Part shown: positions 46,077 through 55,711 of the stretch, piece after piece
How the letters are laid out: each line of letters opens with the position of its first letter
Position numbering within the stretch: position 1 is the first letter of the stretch
NCBI GenBank assembly: GCA_041690135.1
Contig: JAWLHY010000013.1
Coordinates: forward strand, 20,911 to 84,910
Direction: 5' to 3'
From: Armatimonadota bacterium
GTDB lineage: Bacteria > Armatimonadota > SYMT01
DNA: 64,000 nt
The notes under the pieces: generated by a model
Seen by the model: only the letters and a program-made list of their open reading frames with translations
What the model was told of the DNA's origin: nothing
Databases searched by the model: none
Position numbers and translations under genes: made by a program

Positions 46077-46826
46077 TTATTTCCTCCTTCGCTTCTTCTT
46101 CGGTGGCACGAGGCCCAGAAGCTTAAGGTCTTCCGGGGTCATCTCGTGCTGGCGGAAGAGGTCCGGACGGCGGTCGAGGGTCCGCCAGAGCGATTGCTCC
46201 CGGCGCCATTTTTCGACCTCCGCATGGTGTCCGGAGAGGAGAACGTCCGGTACCCGCCAGCCGCGGAATTCCGGCGGGCGCGTATAGTGGGGGTACTCCA
46301 GCAGGTGCTCGGAAAAAGTTTCGCTCTCCGACGACTCGTCTTTCCCCAGCACGCCGGGGATCAGGCGCGTTACGGCATCGATCACCACCAGCGCCGCCAG
46401 TTCTCCACCGGTGAGCACGTAATCGCCGATGGAGATCTCGTCGGTGACGAGATGGCGATGCACCCGCTCGTCGATGCCTTCATAGCGGCCACAGAGGAAG
46501 AGCAAGCGCTCTTCGCGGGCCAGTTCGTGGGCCATTGCCTGGTCGAAGGTGCGACCCAGCGGGGTAAACAGGATGATGCGCGAGGGCGGGGGCGGCTCGG
46601 CGGAGAGGGCTTCGACCGCGGCGAACAGCGGCTCCGGTTTCATCACCATGCCGGGACCGCCACCATAGGGGCAATCATCCACCTGCCGATGACGATCCGT
46701 GGTGAACTGCCGGATATCCGTGCAGCGGACGTCCAGGTACCCCGCCTCGCGAGCCCGCTTGAGGATGCTGTGCTCCAGGGGCGACTGGAGCATCTCGGGA
46801 AAGATGGTTAGAACGTCGACGCGCAT
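46077..46826 (-). CDS. trmD: tRNA (guanine37-N1)-methyltransferase
   Basis: [37 protein letters not shown]. Confidence 0.98.
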   Translation of the reverse strand: MRVDVLTIFPEMLQSPLEHSILKRAREAGYLDVRCTDIRQFTTDRHRQVDDCPYGGGPGMVMKPEPLFAAVEALSAEPPPPSRIILFTPLGRTFDQAMAHELAREERLLFLCGRYEGIDERVHRHLVTDEISIGDYVLTGGELAALVVIDAVTRLIPGVLGKDESSESETFSEHLLEYPHYTRPPEFRGWRVPDVLLSGHHAEVEKWRREQSLWRTLDRRPDLFRQHEMTPEDLKLLGLVPPKKKRRRK

Positions 46827-46830
46827 GCTC

Positions 46831-47685
46831 TCAGGCCAGGAGCGCCGCGACTTCGGGCGTCGCGACGAGGTAGCGGTCGGCGTAGATCGACTCCCGCCCG
46901 CACCAGCCGGTGAGGATCTCCAAGAGGTCCAGCGGCTCCGATCGTTCGGGCTGCGCGGTCACCGGGAAGAGCGCGCAGTCCCCGGCCAGCGCGACCGCCA
47001 GGCCCGCGGCGGCATCGTAGGGGTGATAACGGCTGAGCAGGACCGCGGCGACGTCGGCCGCGGGTTGAACCAGTTGGGTGAGGTGCACCGCGGTGGCTCC
47101 CGGAGCCGAGACCTTCATGGTACAGCCGGGCACCTGCTCTGAATGCCAATCGCTGTTCACCACGAGATAGCGGTGGGAAAGGGTTTTGCGGGTCAAACCG
47201 GTCTCCGCCGCCACCGGTACCCCGTTGAGAGTGCACTCGCGCCGTCCGGGCGCCAGAATTCCGCGGTAGAGAGCGGATAGGGTCGGAACGTAGAGCCAGC
47301 CCACCGCGGCAACGGCCCGGCGATCTTGCAGCACCACGCCGCCGGCCGAAATGGCAAACGCACCGCCGAGGAGAGCCGGCCGGGTTCCATCGATGGGGTC
47401 CAGCATCCAGCGGACGTGGAGACCTTCGCGCAGATCGCCGAAGTGGTGGGCCTCTTCCGAGTAGCCGGAACAGCCGGGGACCAGGCGGGTCAAACCGTCG
47501 CGCAGAAGTTGGTCGATCCACACGTCGGCGGCGGAAAGGCGCTGGCCGGGATCATCTTTAACGGTGCTGGCCCCGCCGGTGAACCGGATCAGCTCCCGGG
47601 CAAATCCACCACACCCGACCAGGAGTTCATCGATCTGCGCGAGGACCTCGGGCGTGAAGCCTGCTTCTTCCAGCACCGGTTTCAA
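46831..47685 (-). CDS. Inositol monophosphatase family protein
   Basis: SEE, LDPIDGT, PYDAAAG motifs. Confidence 0.85.
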   Translation of the reverse strand: MKPVLEEAGFTPEVLAQIDELLVGCGGFARELIRFTGGASTVKDDPGQRLSAADVWIDQLLRDGLTRLVPGCSGYSEEAHHFGDLREGLHVRWMLDPIDGTRPALLGGAFAISAGGVVLQDRRAVAAVGWLYVPTLSALYRGILAPGRRECTLNGVPVAAETGLTRKTLSHRYLVVNSDWHSEQVPGCTMKVSAPGATAVHLTQLVQPAADVAAVLLSRYHPYDAAAGLAVALAGDCALFPVTAQPERSEPLDLLEILTGWCGRESIYADRYLVATPEVAALLA

Positions 47686-48227
47686 CGGACCTCTTCGCCT
47701 TCGAGATAGTCCCTACTCCGCACCACGAGGATTCCCTCGTCGGGGGCGATCCGGAGTACGGCGTCATGGGTCGCGGGGATCAGGTATTTCCCGGCCACAT
47801 AGACATCATTGGATGCCGTTTCCATAATGTCGGTGATGGTTCCCAACTCCTCTCCCTCCGGCGTCACCACGCGGAGACCGAGAAGCTGGTGTTCGTAGAA
47901 ACGGCCTTCAGATAGGGGAGCGGCGTCGGCGCGGTCGATGAGGACGGTGATGTCACGCATCGTCTCCGCGTCGTCCCGGTTGTCCACGCCCTCGAGGCGC
48001 AGCAGGAGCATTCCCTTGTGGTAGCGACCGGCCAGCACCCGGCGGCGCTCTTCCGCACCGTCGGGGAACCGCAGCCGCAGCTCCTTGAGCTGGGCCAGGC
48101 GTTCAGGGAACTCCGTCAACGGACGGAGCTTGACTTCACCCCGGATGCCGTGGGGGCCGACGAGGACCCCCACGACCAAAGCGTCAGGCTCCCGGGGCGG
48201 GGTCCCGGAGCTCTTTGATAATGTCAT
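47682..48227 (-). CDS. rimM: Ribosome maturation factor RimM
   Basis: HGIRGEV, R..AE, FY..QL.G..V, ASNDV, LIP. Confidence 0.95.
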   Translation of the reverse strand: MTLSKSSGTPPREPDALVVGVLVGPHGIRGEVKLRPLTEFPERLAQLKELRLRFPDGAEERRRVLAGRYHKGMLLLRLEGVDNRDDAETMRDITVLIDRADAAPLSEGRFYEHQLLGLRVVTPEGEELGTITDIMETASNDVYVAGKYLIPATHDAVLRIAPDEGILVVRSRDYLEGEEVR

Positions 48228-48600
48228 CTTCCACCAGGATCTCCGCGCGGGCCAGCTTCTCCTGAATGTTGTCGCCGACCTTGACCTCTACCTGGCTCTC
48301 GATCGTGCCACGCGGGAACTCAGTACCCATTTCCAGGTCCTGGTATTCCTTGAGCTGCTCTTGAAGCGCGGCCTTCACATCTTCCTGCTTGCGCTTCTCG
48401 ATCTCGAGCTGCTGGCGGAAAGCCATGGCGCGCTGCATATCGGTGCGCTGCAGCTCCAGCATCATGCGGCGGCTCTGGCGCTCCAGGTCGTCCTGCTGCT
48501 CTTCGACCCGCTGGATGGCCTCTTGAACGGCTTCACACAGCTCCGTCTTGAGCCGCTCCGTCACCACCGCCTTGAGCAGAATCTCTCTTTTTAGAATCAT
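48184..48600 (-). CDS. YlqD family protein
   Basis: R....KAVVTE..K, coiled coil, V.VGDN, EI.V.D; conserved position between khpA and rimM. Confidence 0.88.
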   Translation of the reverse strand: MILKREILLKAVVTERLKTELCEAVQEAIQRVEEQQDDLERQSRRMMLELQRTDMQRAMAFRQQLEIEKRKQEDVKAALQEQLKEYQDLEMGTEFPRGTIESQVEVKVGDNIQEKLARAEILVEDDIIKELRDPAPGA

Positions 48601-48608
48601 GACGTTCC

Positions 48609-48842
48609 TCAGGTCGTGATATCCACCACGGCCCGCTTGTTCTCTTTCGCAGCGGCGGCGTTCGCCACCGTGCGGATGGCATTCGCGATCCGGCCGCCCC
48701 GACCGATCACTTTCCCGATATCGCCGTGCGCCACGCGCACTGTGAGGTAGACCGTGTCTCCGCGCCGGGGTTCTTCCTCGACCTCAATGGCGTCGGGGTC
48801 GTCGACCAGGGCGGAAACGAGAACCTCCACCACTTCCTTCAT
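48609..48842 (-). CDS. khpA: KH-domain RNA-binding protein
   Basis: LVDDP, D.GKVIGRGGR.A.AIR. Confidence 0.92.
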   Translation of the reverse strand: MKEVVEVLVSALVDDPDAIEVEEEPRRGDTVYLTVRVAHGDIGKVIGRGGRIANAIRTVANAAAAKENKRAVVDITT

Positions 48843-48878
48843 GCGCTGCTCCCGCTGCGCCCCTCTCGGAGCGCGCCG

Positions 48879-48901
48879 GCCCCCACCTGTAAGGTGGGGG
48901 C
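48879..48901. other. Intra-operon hairpin between rpsP and khpA
   Basis: gcccccacct-gta-aggtgggggc. Confidence 0.6.
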
Positions 48902-48920
48902 TTGAAATCGCACCGGCGGA

Positions 48921-49199
48921 TTAGCCGGCGGCGGTGCCGGCCTTCTCGGCCTGCAGGCGGTCCATCACGCCATGCTTCTTCAGCATGTCCGCCACGCGGT
49001 CGGTGGGCTGCGCGCCGCGCTTGAGCCACATCACCGCCTTGTCGGCGTCGAGTTGGACCGTGGAAGGGTCGGTCATCGGATCGTAGTAACCGATCTGATC
49101 GATGGCGCGGCCGTCACGCGGGGAATCCGCGTTGGCGACGACGATGCGGTAGAACGGGCGTCCCTTGGAGCCCATGCGGGTAAGGCGAATGCGAACCAA
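48921..49199 (-). CDS. rpsP: 30S ribosomal protein S16
   Basis: VRIRL.RMG....PFYRIVV, PRDG, GYYDP, GAQPT. Confidence 0.98.
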   Translation of the reverse strand: MVRIRLTRMGSKGRPFYRIVVANADSPRDGRAIDQIGYYDPMTDPSTVQLDADKAVMWLKRGAQPTDRVADMLKKHGVMDRLQAEKAGTAAG

Positions 49200-49213
49200 C
49201 TTACTCTCCTGTG

Positions 49214-50560
49214 TTACCTTCGGCCGATCTTCATTTTCCCCAACAGACCACCGGAGCGCTTCTTAGCCATCTTCTCCATGCGGTTCATCTGGGAGAACAT
49301 CTGACGCATCTGTTCGAACTGCTTGAGGAGCTGGTTGACTTCCTGGACGGACGTGCCACTGCCGCGGGCGATACGCCTCCTGCGGCTGCCGTTCAGGATG
49401 TTCGGGTTGCGCCGCTCTTCGCGCGTCATCGACTGGATGATCGCCTGGAAGCGGTTCAGCTCCTTTTCCGGGACCTCCGGAACCTCCTCACCCTGAAAGA
49501 ACGGCAGCGCCTGCAGGATCTCCTGAAGAGGCCCCATCTTTCGGACCTGCTGCATCTGGGTCAGGAAGTCTTCGAGGTCGAACGAGTTCTCGCGGAGTTT
49601 CTTCTCGAACTCCAGCGCGGATTTCTCGTCGACCGCGTTCTGAGCGCGCTCGATCAGGGAGAGGACGTCTCCCATCCCGAGGATGCGCGAAGCCATGCGG
49701 CTGGGGTGGAACGGCTCGATGGCATCCGCCTTCTCCCCCACGCCGGCAAACTTGATCGGCTTGCCCGTGACCGCCCGGATGGAGATCGCCGCGCCGCCGC
49801 GGGTATCGCCATCGAGCTTCGTCAGCACGAAGCCCGAAACGTCGAGGCGCCCCGTAAACTGGGTCGCCACGTTCACCGCGTCCTGGCCGGTCATCGCGTC
49901 GAGCACGAGCAGCGTCTCGGACGGGTTCATCGTCCGGTGCAGGCGCTCGACCTCGGCCATCATCTCCTCGTCCACGTGGAGGCGGCCGGCGGTGTCCAGG
50001 ATCACGACGTCGCACTGCTGCGCCTGGGCAGCCCGCAGACCGTCTTGCGCGATCCGCACCACGTCGCGCTGCTCCAGGTCGGCATGGACGGGGACCTTGA
50101 TCCCCTCACCGACTACCTGCAGCTGCTTGATGGCAGCGGGCCGGTAGATGTCGCAGGCGACCATCAAGGGCCGGCGGCCCTGCTTGCGGATCAGTGTGGC
50201 GAGCTTACCACAGGTCGTGGTTTTACCCGAACCCTGGAGGCCCACCATCATGATGACGGTCGGGGGCCGGCTGGAATACTGGATGCGGCTCTCGTCCTCG
50301 CCGAGGACGGCGCACAGTTCCTCGTTGACGATGGCCACCACCTGTTGGCCGGGCGTCAGGCTCTCCAGGATCTCCGCCCCCACCGCGCGCTCCTTGATGC
50401 GCGCGACGAGGTCCTTGACGACCTTGAAGTTCACGTCCGCTTCCAGCAGTGCCAGCCGTATCTCCCGCAGAGCATCGTTGACGTCCTGCTCGTGCAGCGT
50501 CCCCTTGCTCCGCAGTTTGCTGAACACGCCCTGCAGTTTTGCGGTCAGTGAATTGAACAT
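49214..50560 (-). CDS. ffh: Signal recognition particle protein Ffh
   Basis: ALLEADV, GLQGSGKTT, DTAGR, TKLDGD.RGG, SMT..ER, RIARGSG. Confidence 0.98.
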   Translation of the reverse strand: MFNSLTAKLQGVFSKLRSKGTLHEQDVNDALREIRLALLEADVNFKVVKDLVARIKERAVGAEILESLTPGQQVVAIVNEELCAVLGEDESRIQYSSRPPTVIMMVGLQGSGKTTTCGKLATLIRKQGRRPLMVACDIYRPAAIKQLQVVGEGIKVPVHADLEQRDVVRIAQDGLRAAQAQQCDVVILDTAGRLHVDEEMMAEVERLHRTMNPSETLLVLDAMTGQDAVNVATQFTGRLDVSGFVLTKLDGDTRGGAAISIRAVTGKPIKFAGVGEKADAIEPFHPSRMASRILGMGDVLSLIERAQNAVDEKSALEFEKKLRENSFDLEDFLTQMQQVRKMGPLQEILQALPFFQGEEVPEVPEKELNRFQAIIQSMTREERRNPNILNGSRRRRIARGSGTSVQEVNQLLKQFEQMRQMFSQMNRMEKMAKKRSGGLLGKMKIGRR

Positions 50561-50630
50561 CCGGTCCTTCCGCGGTGGCACAGCGAGGCGGCACGGGTGC
50601 TTGCCCGCCTCATCCAACCGACAACGCACC

Positions 50631-50659
50631 AGTATACTTCACCTCAATAGGGGCGTCAA
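50631..50659 (-). promoter_or_regulatory. Sigma70 promoter of the ffh operon
   Basis: TTGACG-N17-TATACT. Confidence 0.75.
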
Positions 50660-50698
50660 TGACGGGAGGCCGGAAGGAGTGCGGACGTCCCGTCCGCC

Positions 50699-50832
50699 GG
50701 GTGTTCGGGTGTTCGGGTGTTCGGGTGTTCGGGTGTTCGGGTGTTCGGGTGTTCGGGTGTTCAGGTGTTTGGGCACCCCTGTGGGGCGTAAATGTTCGGG
50801 TGTTCGGGTGTTCGGGTGGTCAGGTGTTCGGG
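50699..50832. repeat. GGGTGTTC octamer tandem repeat interrupted by a CCCC-TGT-GGGG hairpin
   Basis: 8 perfect copies (50699-50762) plus 1 variant, insert, then 4-5 more copies. Confidence 0.92.
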
Positions 50833-50950
50833 CAACGTCAAAGATGGTCATTGCGAGGAGCGGTGTATCTGATCCAACTTCCCGGAGCCTGATGAGCCTC
50901 CCGTCGAAGCACCAGCTTGCTGAACCAGAACCCGTGAGCGACGTGGCAAG

Positions 50951-51169
50951 CCCCCTGGTCAGGGCACTCGTCCTTACACGGTGGTCTTTATCCTCATCCT
51001 GTTCCTAATCCATCCTGCCCCCTGGTCAGGGAAGTCGTCCTGAAGGGAGATTCTATTTCCCGATCCTGAACTTACTCCATCCCGCCCCCTGATCAGGGAA
51101 CTCGACCTGCGGGGGGACTCTCTATCCTTAACTTCATCCACTCGTCCCCTGACCAGGAAACTCGTCCTG
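50951..51169. repeat. Degenerate array: 4x ~24-bp palindromic repeat, periods 67/67/60 bp
   Basis: CCCCTGRTCAGGGAACTCGTCCT-like units at 50951, 51018, 51085, 51145. Confidence 0.85.
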
Positions 51170-51190
51170 ACGCACGTGAGAGGTGTGAAT

Positions 51191-51712
51191 ATGAACAAAG
51201 AATCGGCGATGCAGTTCCTCCGGGACCAGGGGGCTCCGGAACGCCTTCTGCACCACGCCGCGGTTGTCGCAGGCGTAGCGGAAGATCTTGTGCGGAGCCT
51301 GAAAGATGTGGGCGTGCCGCTGGCCGCAGAGACGGTCCTGGTCGGTGCGGTGCTGCACGATGCCGGCAAGATCTTGCACCCGGAGGAATTGCACGGGAGC
51401 GGCCACCAGCACGAAGAGGCGGGGCAGCGGTTGCTGCGTGATGCCGGGGTCGCTCCCGAGCTGGCGAGGGTGTGCGTGAGCCATGCTCGCTGGCAAGAGA
51501 TGGACTGCTCCCTTGAGGAACTCGTGGTTGCGCTAGCCGACAAGCTCTGGAAAGGCAAGCGCGATGAGACCCTGGAAATGGCCGTCATCACTCGGGTGGC
51601 TCGTGCACTCGGAAGCGAAACCTGGCAACGCTTCCGCGCGTTGGACACATGTTTTGAAACGCTCGCGTCGGATGGACACGATCGGCTCCTGGAATCGGCG
51701 AGGTTTCGATAG
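51191..51712 (+). CDS. HD domain-containing protein
   Basis: H...V, LHDAGK, HE..G, SH, LADK motifs; GAGGTG RBS. Confidence 0.88.
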   Translation: MNKESAMQFLRDQGAPERLLHHAAVVAGVAEDLVRSLKDVGVPLAAETVLVGAVLHDAGKILHPEELHGSGHQHEEAGQRLLRDAGVAPELARVCVSHARWQEMDCSLEELVVALADKLWKGKRDETLEMAVITRVARALGSETWQRFRALDTCFETLASDGHDRLLESARFR

Positions 51713-51787
51713 TCCGTCGGGCGGGACGACCTCCTGCGTTACCGCGTGAGGCGTGGGGCGCGGCGCAGTCTGAGAAAGGAAGCAGGC

Positions 51788-52603
51788 ATGGCGCTTGCTT
51801 TGGTTGAAGCCGCCGCCGCGGGCGATCTAGAAGAGGTCCGACGGCTGCTGGAGCAAGGGATACCGGTAGATACCCGCGGCCGCCAGGGCAGCACTCCGTT
51901 GATCTCCGCGGCACTCGGTGGTCACGCGGACGTCGTCGAGTTGCTACTGGAGCGCGGGGCGGACCCTAACTCCCGCACAACCACCGGCCATAACGCCCTG
52001 GTGATGGCGGCCTCGTTTGGTTACCGGGAGATCTTCAATCGCCTTGTCGCGGCCGGAGCCCGAGTAGGGATGGTCGAGGCCGCGACGCTGGGGGACCTCG
52101 ACGCCCTATCTCGCCTGCTCGCGGAAGGCATACACGTGGACGACCGAAATAGGCACGGCACCATGGCGCTCATTGAGGCTGCGCATCACGGGCACCTGGA
52201 GGCGGTTCGCTTCTTGCTCGACTTTGGAGCGGAAATTAACGCGCGGACGGACTACGCCGGCTGGACCGCTTTGATGATGGCGATCCACAGCGGCTACGGA
52301 GACGTTGCCCGCCACTTGCTCGAGCGAGGTGCGGACGTAACCGCACGAGACGACGAGGGGAAGACCGCTCTCCACCTGGCGGTGCGCTTTCACTGGGCTC
52401 TGAACTCCCGAGACTTGGCGCTCGACATTCTGGATCAAATGGAATCAGTACGAAAGGAGATGCACTCCCTGATACGGATGCTGGTCAGCCATGGGGCCGA
52501 GGTCAACGCGGCGGACGCCAAGGGGATGACGCCGCTCCGGTGGGCGGAGTGCACGGAGGACCGGGAGATGGCGCAACTTCTCCGTGATTTGGGCGCCACC
52601 TGA
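51788..52603 (+). CDS. Ankyrin repeat protein
   Basis: G.TPL..AA..GH..VV.LLL..GAD.N repeats. Confidence 0.92.
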   Translation: MALALVEAAAAGDLEEVRRLLEQGIPVDTRGRQGSTPLISAALGGHADVVELLLERGADPNSRTTTGHNALVMAASFGYREIFNRLVAAGARVGMVEAATLGDLDALSRLLAEGIHVDDRNRHGTMALIEAAHHGHLEAVRFLLDFGAEINARTDYAGWTALMMAIHSGYGDVARHLLERGADVTARDDEGKTALHLAVRFHWALNSRDLALDILDQMESVRKEMHSLIRMLVSHGAEVNAADAKGMTPLRWAECTEDREMAQLLRDLGAT

Positions 52604-52838
52604 CCCACCCTTCGTTCGTTGTAATCCTGGGGTGCGACTCCGCACGTTCCTGTCGCCTCGCAGATATCGAGGCCCTGATTCTCGCGTTAGCACGTTCCGT
52701 GTACGGATCGAGAATCGATCCGAATGACGGAGCCGCGAATGCAAGACGAGGAACTGATTTATCTCCGCCTCGACCTGGCAGCGTGTGATCTCCACAAGCT
52801 GGGATGGGAGCCACAGCGCGCACCGGGCCACCAGCGAA

Positions 52839-53303
52839 TCACTCTGCCTCTTCCTGGTTTGCGGTGCCGTAGAACTCGGCCGCCTTCTGCATGCGGGCAC
52901 GCAGCGCATTCAGGGCCAGAGCCACCACAAAGCCGGCGAGCATGGCGACCTGGCACCAATTGATGATGGTCCAAATATCTTCGCTGTCGGGGCGACTTCC
53001 TGAGTTCGCTCCGAACATTCCGGCGAACTTCGAGACCAGCGAGAAGACGGAGAGGACGACCGTCACGAAGGACAGTCCCAACAGAGGTCTCTCGATCCGT
53101 TGTCGCCAGACTTCGAGATTCCGGCTGCGGCTCGTCAGTCGAGAGGCTTCTGCATTCCGCCAGGCTGCGTCAGTGCTGCGGGCTTCGTCCAGGCGAGCGC
53201 CCGGTTCGTGCATGGCATCGGTGATGTCCGGGGCTTTAGCGGAACATCCAATGCTCGCGACAGAGGGGTTGGGTTCGCTGGTGGTGGGCGGATGTTGAAG
53301 CAC
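52839..53303 (-). CDS. Hypothetical two-TM protein with GxRLDxARxxDAAWR motif (start uncertain, up to 53381)
   Basis: Motif shared with the 27263 gene; two hydrophobic helices. Confidence 0.65.
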   Translation of the reverse strand: MLQHPPTTSEPNPSVASIGCSAKAPDITDAMHEPGARLDEARSTDAAWRNAEASRLTSRSRNLEVWRQRIERPLLGLSFVTVVLSVFSLVSKFAGMFGANSGSRPDSEDIWTIINWCQVAMLAGFVVALALNALRARMQKAAEFYGTANQEEAE

Positions 53304-53457
53304 CCCATCCGTTTCTTCGGGTGTTCCGTCGGATTCCTGCCCATCCTCTACGGCTTGGTTCCGACCGACCCAAGTCGTCAACAGAATGCCCGGTGGTGGA
53401 TACCCATGAGATTCTTCACCGAAGAGACCATCGATTTCGATGCGCCTCCCCAGCGAT

Positions 53458-54120
53458 TCAGGGGGCGGGCGCGACGCAGAGGAGCATGACCATGAAGTGG
53501 CAGGCGCTGCCGCCGAGGACGAAGCAGTGCCACACTTCGTGCCAGCTAAACACCCCGGGCCACAGGCGCGGGCGCTGCAGGGCGAAAAGGATCACCCCGA
53601 CGGTGTAGAACATCCCGCCGGCGAAGAGCCAGCCCACGCCGTAGTCCGGCAGTGCGCGAATCAGGGGGTTGGCGGCAACCACACAGAGCCAGCCCATGAT
53701 CACGTAAAGCACTACGCAAAGCCACGGGGGAGCGCCTTTCCAGAAGACGCGCATGAGGATGCCGACGACGGCGATGGTCCAGACCACTGCTAACAGGCCG
53801 TAGCCCCAGGGCCCCCGCAGGTTCACCAGGCAAATGGGGGTGTAGGTTCCGGCGATGAGGAGATAGATGGCGGACTGGTCGAAGACCAGCAGGCGTCGGA
53901 TCTGGTGCGGCTCGCCGTGCAGGGAGTGGTAGAGCGCACTCGCACAGTAGAGCGCGATCATGCTCACCCCGTAGATGGTGAGCCCGGTCAAGTGAATCGG
54001 CTTATTCCAGGTGAGGGTCATCAGGGCGAGGAGCCCGATGAACGAGAGACCTGCACCTCCGGCATGGGAGAGACCGTTGAACGGCTCCCGGATCTTCCAA
54101 CGCTGCTGCACTAGTCCCAA
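53458..54120 (-). CDS. Hemolysin III / PAQR family membrane protein
   Basis: E..N..SH, SALYH, DQSAIYLLIAGTYTP, HEVWH.FVL.GS..H. Confidence 0.93.
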   Translation of the reverse strand: MGLVQQRWKIREPFNGLSHAGGAGLSFIGLLALMTLTWNKPIHLTGLTIYGVSMIALYCASALYHSLHGEPHQIRRLLVFDQSAIYLLIAGTYTPICLVNLRGPWGYGLLAVVWTIAVVGILMRVFWKGAPPWLCVVLYVIMGWLCVVAANPLIRALPDYGVGWLFAGGMFYTVGVILFALQRPRLWPGVFSWHEVWHCFVLGGSACHFMVMLLCVAPAP

Positions 54121-54200
54121 CCATCCATTTCTGCGAGTACTGCCTGTGGATTATAGTGGGACTTTTCCACATGCGCCCGCCACTCAATCCTGCCTACGGA

Positions 54201-55058
54201 TCATGGCGCGATCGACGGCCAGAGCCACCACTGCTCCAGCCACTTCTCACTCACCCCACCCTGCTGGAGCGCGAAGGCGACCCGGTCGCGCAGCACCTTG
54301 GACGCGTGCTCGATCGTTTCCAACTCGCGGGCGGCGATCAGGGCACGCACGGCGGTCACGATGTTGGCCCCGTTGGTCGTCTCGCGCTCCGCCATCGCTT
54401 CCAGCCACTTATCATAGGGGTAGGGTTTGCCGTCAGCCAGGAAGGAGAGGCGGAGGGCCTCCTGCACCGCTTCGCCGCGCTTGATCGCCAGCACGGTCGT
54501 CAGACGGCGCGGTACGATCTTGGGGACCAGGTCGTTGCGGGCCTGGCGGAACCGGTAATAGTGTTCGCAGCGCAGGTTATCCAGGTTCTCCGCAAAGCGC
54601 TGGTTTCCTTTCTGCACGGCGGCTTCCAGCAAACCGGAGGGGTCCTGGTACGTCACGGAATGGGTGTAAAACCAAAGGGTGACCGGTAGGTCAAAATGGA
54701 ACTGCTGGGACAACTGCGAGGCGGAGAGGATCAGCAGGTAGATGCCGGGGAAGCGCCGGAACGGCTCACGGTCTTCCAGAAAAACCCGGTGGTCGCGGTT
54801 CGGGTCCCAGAGGCGGGCCTCCTTCAGTGCGGAAGCCAGGCGCGCATGGTCCGCGTCCGGAAGGATGAAGCGCACGTCGAAGTCGGACCGCTCGTCCCAG
54901 GTTCCTGCGGGCACCGATCCCGTCACCAGGATGGTGGCGTCCCGTAACACCGGGCTCAGGATGGGGTGGGACTTCACCCGCTCACGGAAGTAGGCCTCGA
55001 GCAAACGGTTGATCGCGGCCGCCAGATCCGTCGCGGGCTGCAGGTTCGTTTCTTCCAT
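54201..55058 (-). CDS. Nucleotidyltransferase-fold (DUF4037-like) protein
   Basis: GS...G..D..SDFD, YQDP.G, PYPY.KWL. Confidence 0.75.
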   Translation of the reverse strand: MEETNLQPATDLAAAINRLLEAYFRERVKSHPILSPVLRDATILVTGSVPAGTWDERSDFDVRFILPDADHARLASALKEARLWDPNRDHRVFLEDREPFRRFPGIYLLILSASQLSQQFHFDLPVTLWFYTHSVTYQDPSGLLEAAVQKGNQRFAENLDNLRCEHYYRFRQARNDLVPKIVPRRLTTVLAIKRGEAVQEALRLSFLADGKPYPYDKWLEAMAERETTNGANIVTAVRALIAARELETIEHASKVLRDRVAFALQQGGVSEKWLEQWWLWPSIAP

Positions 55059-55186
55059 TACCGCTTCGATACCCCCTCCGACCGACCCACGACTGCGTGC
55101 GGGCGGTCATTGCAAATTCACGAGGAGTGGATTCCTCGCTCCTCACCTTACTGTTCGGCGTGGGACGGCTGGTCCCTCCAGTTCCA

Positions 55187-55705
55187 TCATTCTCCGAGAG
55201 GGCTAATACCCACGTCGTCCAGTCGCCGGTAACCTCGATTGAACCAGAGGAGCGGCGCTCCCTCCGCGCATCCCGCCGCTTTCACCTCGCCGACGAAAAT
55301 GGTGTGGTCTCCCCCGTCATAGGCCCGCCAGAGGGAGCAGTCCATCCACGCCAGGGCTCCAGACAGCACGGGCGCCCCCGTCTGCTCCACATGATGTGGG
55401 AAGTCGTCCAGCCAGTGCCCCTCTTCTCCCAGGAAGCCGGCGCAGCGGTCCGACAATCGCTCGTCGCGCTCCCCACTGAGAATGTGAACGGCAAATGCCT
55501 TCTGCTCCAGGATCAGTTGGTGGCTCTGGGCGTCCCGGTGGACACACACCAGCACGAGTGGCGGGTCCAGTGAAACGCTGGTGAAGGAACTGGCGGTCAT
55601 CCCATGCACGCCGCTCTCCCGAGCGGGCTCCCGGCAGGTGATGACCGTGACCCCGCTCGCCCAGTGCCGCAGCACTTCACGAAATGTTTGTGCGTCGACC
55701 CCCAC
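55187..55705 (-). CDS. Flavin reductase family protein
   Basis: FR......SGVTV, GMT.SSF.SVSLDPPL, GGDH.IFVG. Confidence 0.93.
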   Translation of the reverse strand: MGVDAQTFREVLRHWASGVTVITCREPARESGVHGMTASSFTSVSLDPPLVLVCVHRDAQSHQLILEQKAFAVHILSGERDERLSDRCAGFLGEEGHWLDDFPHHVEQTGAPVLSGALAWMDCSLWRAYDGGDHTIFVGEVKAAGCAEGAPLLWFNRGYRRLDDVGISPLGE

Positions 55706-55711
55706 GGCGAC

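Noticed and set aside
50148-51008. ORFs with GVRVFGCS / PEHPNTRT repeats
   Set aside because: These are translations of the intergenic GGGTGTTC octamer array and overlap ffh and its promoter.
50951-51169. Canonical CRISPR array
   Set aside because: Repeats are degenerate, spacers resemble each other, and there are no cas genes in the window; kept as a repeat array.
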